The position numbers and the translations under genes were made by a program. Below are positions 61,812 to 64,000 of a stretch of 64,000 bases of DNA, one piece after another. Below the pieces are notes generated by a model that worked only from the letters and a program-made list of their open reading frames with translations, had not been told where the DNA came from and made no database searches. How positions within the stretch are numbered: position 1 is the first letter of the stretch; every line of letters begins with the position of its first letter. The DNA is taken from contig CAJWZU010000001.1 in the NCBI GenBank assembly GCA_913050115.1, positions 17,527 through 81,526 on the forward strand, written 5' to 3'. Origin of the DNA: an uncultured Cellvibrionales bacterium (GTDB lineage Bacteria; Pseudomonadota; Gammaproteobacteria; Pseudomonadales; Cellvibrionaceae).

Positions 61812-62804
61812 ATGGGTTTATTGCAGCAGGGCCGATGGGTCGATAAGTGGTACGACACCGACAGTAATGGCGGCACATTTCGTCGCCAGGCAAGCCGCTT
61901 TCGCAACTGGATAACACCAAGTGAAGATTCCGAGAATGGCAATTTCAAGGCCGAGAAAGGCCGCTATCATCTTTATGTTTCACTGGCATGCCCTTGGGCA
62001 CATCGCACGCTAATTTATCGCGAGCTCAAAGGATTGCAAAAATATATCGATGTTACCGTAGTAGATCCTTTAATGAAGGAAAACGGCTGGACGCTATCGG
62101 ATCCATTATACGGTTTTGAATACGCTTATCAGCTGTACTTAAAGGCTGACGTTAAGTACGAAGGCCGTGTGACTGTACCAATATTGTGGGACAAGAAAAA
62201 TCAGACAATTGTCAGCAATGAGTCGTCAGAAATCATTCGCATGTTTAATTCAAGCTTTAATCATTTAACGGGTAATAACAATGATTACTACCCAGAAGCT
62301 CTGCAGGTTCAGATCGACGAGCTGAATCAGCGCATCTATGACACGGTAAATAATGGTGTTTATCGTTCGGGCTTTGCCACTACCCAGGCGGCATACCAGG
62401 AGGCGGTATTGACCCTGTTTGATTCACTAGAGTGGTTAGAGGGCATATTATCGAACAATCGATACCTCACCGGTAATCAGATAACTGAGGCCGACTGGCG
62501 CTTATTTACCACCTTAATTCGTTTCGATGCGGTTTATGTCGGCCATTTTAAATGCAACTTAAAGCAGATATCGCAATACCCTAACCTAAGTGGCTACCTG
62601 CGCGAATTGTTTCAAATAACAGGTGTGGCCGAAACCGTTAACTTTGAGCACATTAAGGGTCACTACTATGAAAGCCATGACAGTATTAACCCAACCGGCG
62701 TAGTGCCTTTGGGGCCAATACAAGATTTTTATCTACCGCATGACCGTGGACAATTATTAATTGACAACTGTGCAGAGGCAAAGAGGCATGAAGGAGCTAA
62801 CTAA
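61812..62804 (+). CDS. yqjG: Glutathionyl-hydroquinone reductase (Xi-class GST)
   Basis: 330 aa with RYHLYVSLACPWAHRT (the CPWA active site) and a GST C-terminal domain. Confidence 0.88.
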   Translation: MGLLQQGRWVDKWYDTDSNGGTFRRQASRFRNWITPSEDSENGNFKAEKGRYHLYVSLACPWAHRTLIYRELKGLQKYIDVTVVDPLMKENGWTLSDPLYGFEYAYQLYLKADVKYEGRVTVPILWDKKNQTIVSNESSEIIRMFNSSFNHLTGNNNDYYPEALQVQIDELNQRIYDTVNNGVYRSGFATTQAAYQEAVLTLFDSLEWLEGILSNNRYLTGNQITEADWRLFTTLIRFDAVYVGHFKCNLKQISQYPNLSGYLRELFQITGVAETVNFEHIKGHYYESHDSINPTGVVPLGPIQDFYLPHDRGQLLIDNCAEAKRHEGAN

Positions 62805-63633
62805 AGTTATTAATGCCGTGGTCACCAGTGATGGCGATGGTGTCAAAATTAATCGCATCGGTGGGCGTGCCCTTAACGCCCTGTTGGATCCATTTTTGAT
62901 GATTGATGAAATTAATAGTGATGCCGCAGCGGACTATATCGGTGGTTTTCCCGAACATCCACACCGAGGTTTTGAAACTATTACCTATATGAAAACCGGG
63001 CGTATGCACCACCGCGACCATATGGGTAATGAAGGCGTTATCGAGGCGGGAGATGTCCAGTGGATGACCGCAGGGCGAGGTGTATTGCACTCTGAAATGC
63101 CCGAGCCAGCAACTGATCTACAAAATAAGGGGTTATTGCATGGTTTTCAGATTTGGTTAAACCTGCCGGCCGCTGAAAAAATGAAAGCGGCGGCTTACTG
63201 CGAACTACCGACAAAAAATATTGCCGAAATACTGACTGCAAAAGGCAGTTTGATACGAGCTATTGCCGGTGATGTTAGTGCCAATGGCATAGAACTGGCA
63301 GGATCATTGCCAAAGATGTCGACTCAGCCTGTGTTGCTGGATATTGAACTGCAAATAGATGATAGCATTGAGCTAGCATTCAACTCGCCCAACCCGGTAA
63401 GAGTGTATGTATACCAAGGCAGCTTAAAAGAAGGTGTTAAGCAGGGGCAATTGGCTGTATTTTCAAAAGGCGAGAGTTTATCGTTAAGCTCTGGCACCAA
63501 AGGTGCAAAACTATTGCTGATCAGTGGCAAGGCTTTGCATGAACCGATCGTTCAACATGGACCTTTTGTGATGAATAGCATTGAACAAATTGAGCGTGCT
63601 ATTCGTGATTATCAAACGGGGCAGTTAGTTTAG
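62788..63633 (+). CDS. Pirin family protein
   Basis: Start at ATG 62788 with AAGAGG upstream, overlapping yqjG by 17 nt. Cupin metal site FPEHPHRGFETITY and the WLNLP motif. Confidence 0.88.
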   Translation: MKELTKVINAVVTSDGDGVKINRIGGRALNALLDPFLMIDEINSDAAADYIGGFPEHPHRGFETITYMKTGRMHHRDHMGNEGVIEAGDVQWMTAGRGVLHSEMPEPATDLQNKGLLHGFQIWLNLPAAEKMKAAAYCELPTKNIAEILTAKGSLIRAIAGDVSANGIELAGSLPKMSTQPVLLDIELQIDDSIELAFNSPNPVRVYVYQGSLKEGVKQGQLAVFSKGESLSLSSGTKGAKLLLISGKALHEPIVQHGPFVMNSIEQIERAIRDYQTGQLV

Positions 63634-63849
63634 CGAGCGCAAGTAGTGACGGTCTTAATAGTGTGTATTGACCAACCATGTCGGTAGTGACTGGCACCCA
63701 AATGTAGTTAAGGCTAATAAAAGGTACTAGAAATTGGAACGCTCACCAAATGAGCGACTAGGCCTTCAGTAACAATCGGGTAATTATCATAGACAAATTA
63801 ACAAAATTGGCTAGATCCGAACAATATCAACAATACCATTACTCAGCTT

Positions 63850-63878
63850 GCCAGCCATTCGACTATCGAATGGCTGGC
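63850..63878. other. Strong hairpin (13-bp perfect stem)
   Basis: gccagccattcga-cta-tcgaatggctggc with no adjacent T-tract, about 215 nt after the pirin stop. Confidence 0.5.
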
Positions 63879-64000
63879 ATCCTTTAAAGTAGCGCTACTC
63901 ACACTTGCAGTCAATAACGGTGTAGAGCTCGCGTAGCATGAGCTGATTACTAAGATTCTATATACAAAAGTATTTTATCCTATGGCTCTTAGCAACGGGG

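Overview
This window looks like a chromosomal segment of a gammaproteobacterium, probably marine. That guess rests on a Vibrio-type chitobiase and on gene order shared with E. coli and pseudomonads. All calls come from reading the sequence and ORF track by eye; no BLAST, HMM or Rfam search was run. About two thirds is conserved core, roughly 50% GC by eye. It includes argA' and ilvD, a GH20 chitobiase, ubiI-ubiH-pepP-ygfB, and zapB-like/zapA/6S RNA/ygfA. It also holds ilvA and rpiA, parE-yqiA-cpdA-yqiB-nudF, riboswitch-controlled thiD-thiC, tolC, radA and rlmJ. From about 39.8 to 60.3 kb the composition turns clearly AT-richer with no mobility genes visible. This island carries three modules. 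The first is a four-gene photolyase/cryptochrome operon. The second is a cluster behind a Fur box: two IucA/IucC-type synthetases, carboxy(nor)spermidine dehydrogenase and decarboxylase, and an orphan 415-aa protein that looks like a carrier domain fused to a transferase. The third is an MFP-RND-MATE efflux operon. The second module is my best candidate for an undescribed system, possibly a polyamine-based siderophore. No uptake receptor is present in the window. Other observations worth a second look: the 3' half of 6S RNA is reiterated about 3.4 times, the ubiH translation-initiation region is reiterated about 3 times, and the ubiH/ubiI junction shows a decayed duplication. There is also a triple-repeat DnaT-like protein beside a lambda-P-like protein next to radA, a hybrid kinase-STAS-K+ channel operon with an adjacent STAS pseudogene, and a TPP riboswitch with an oversized insertion.
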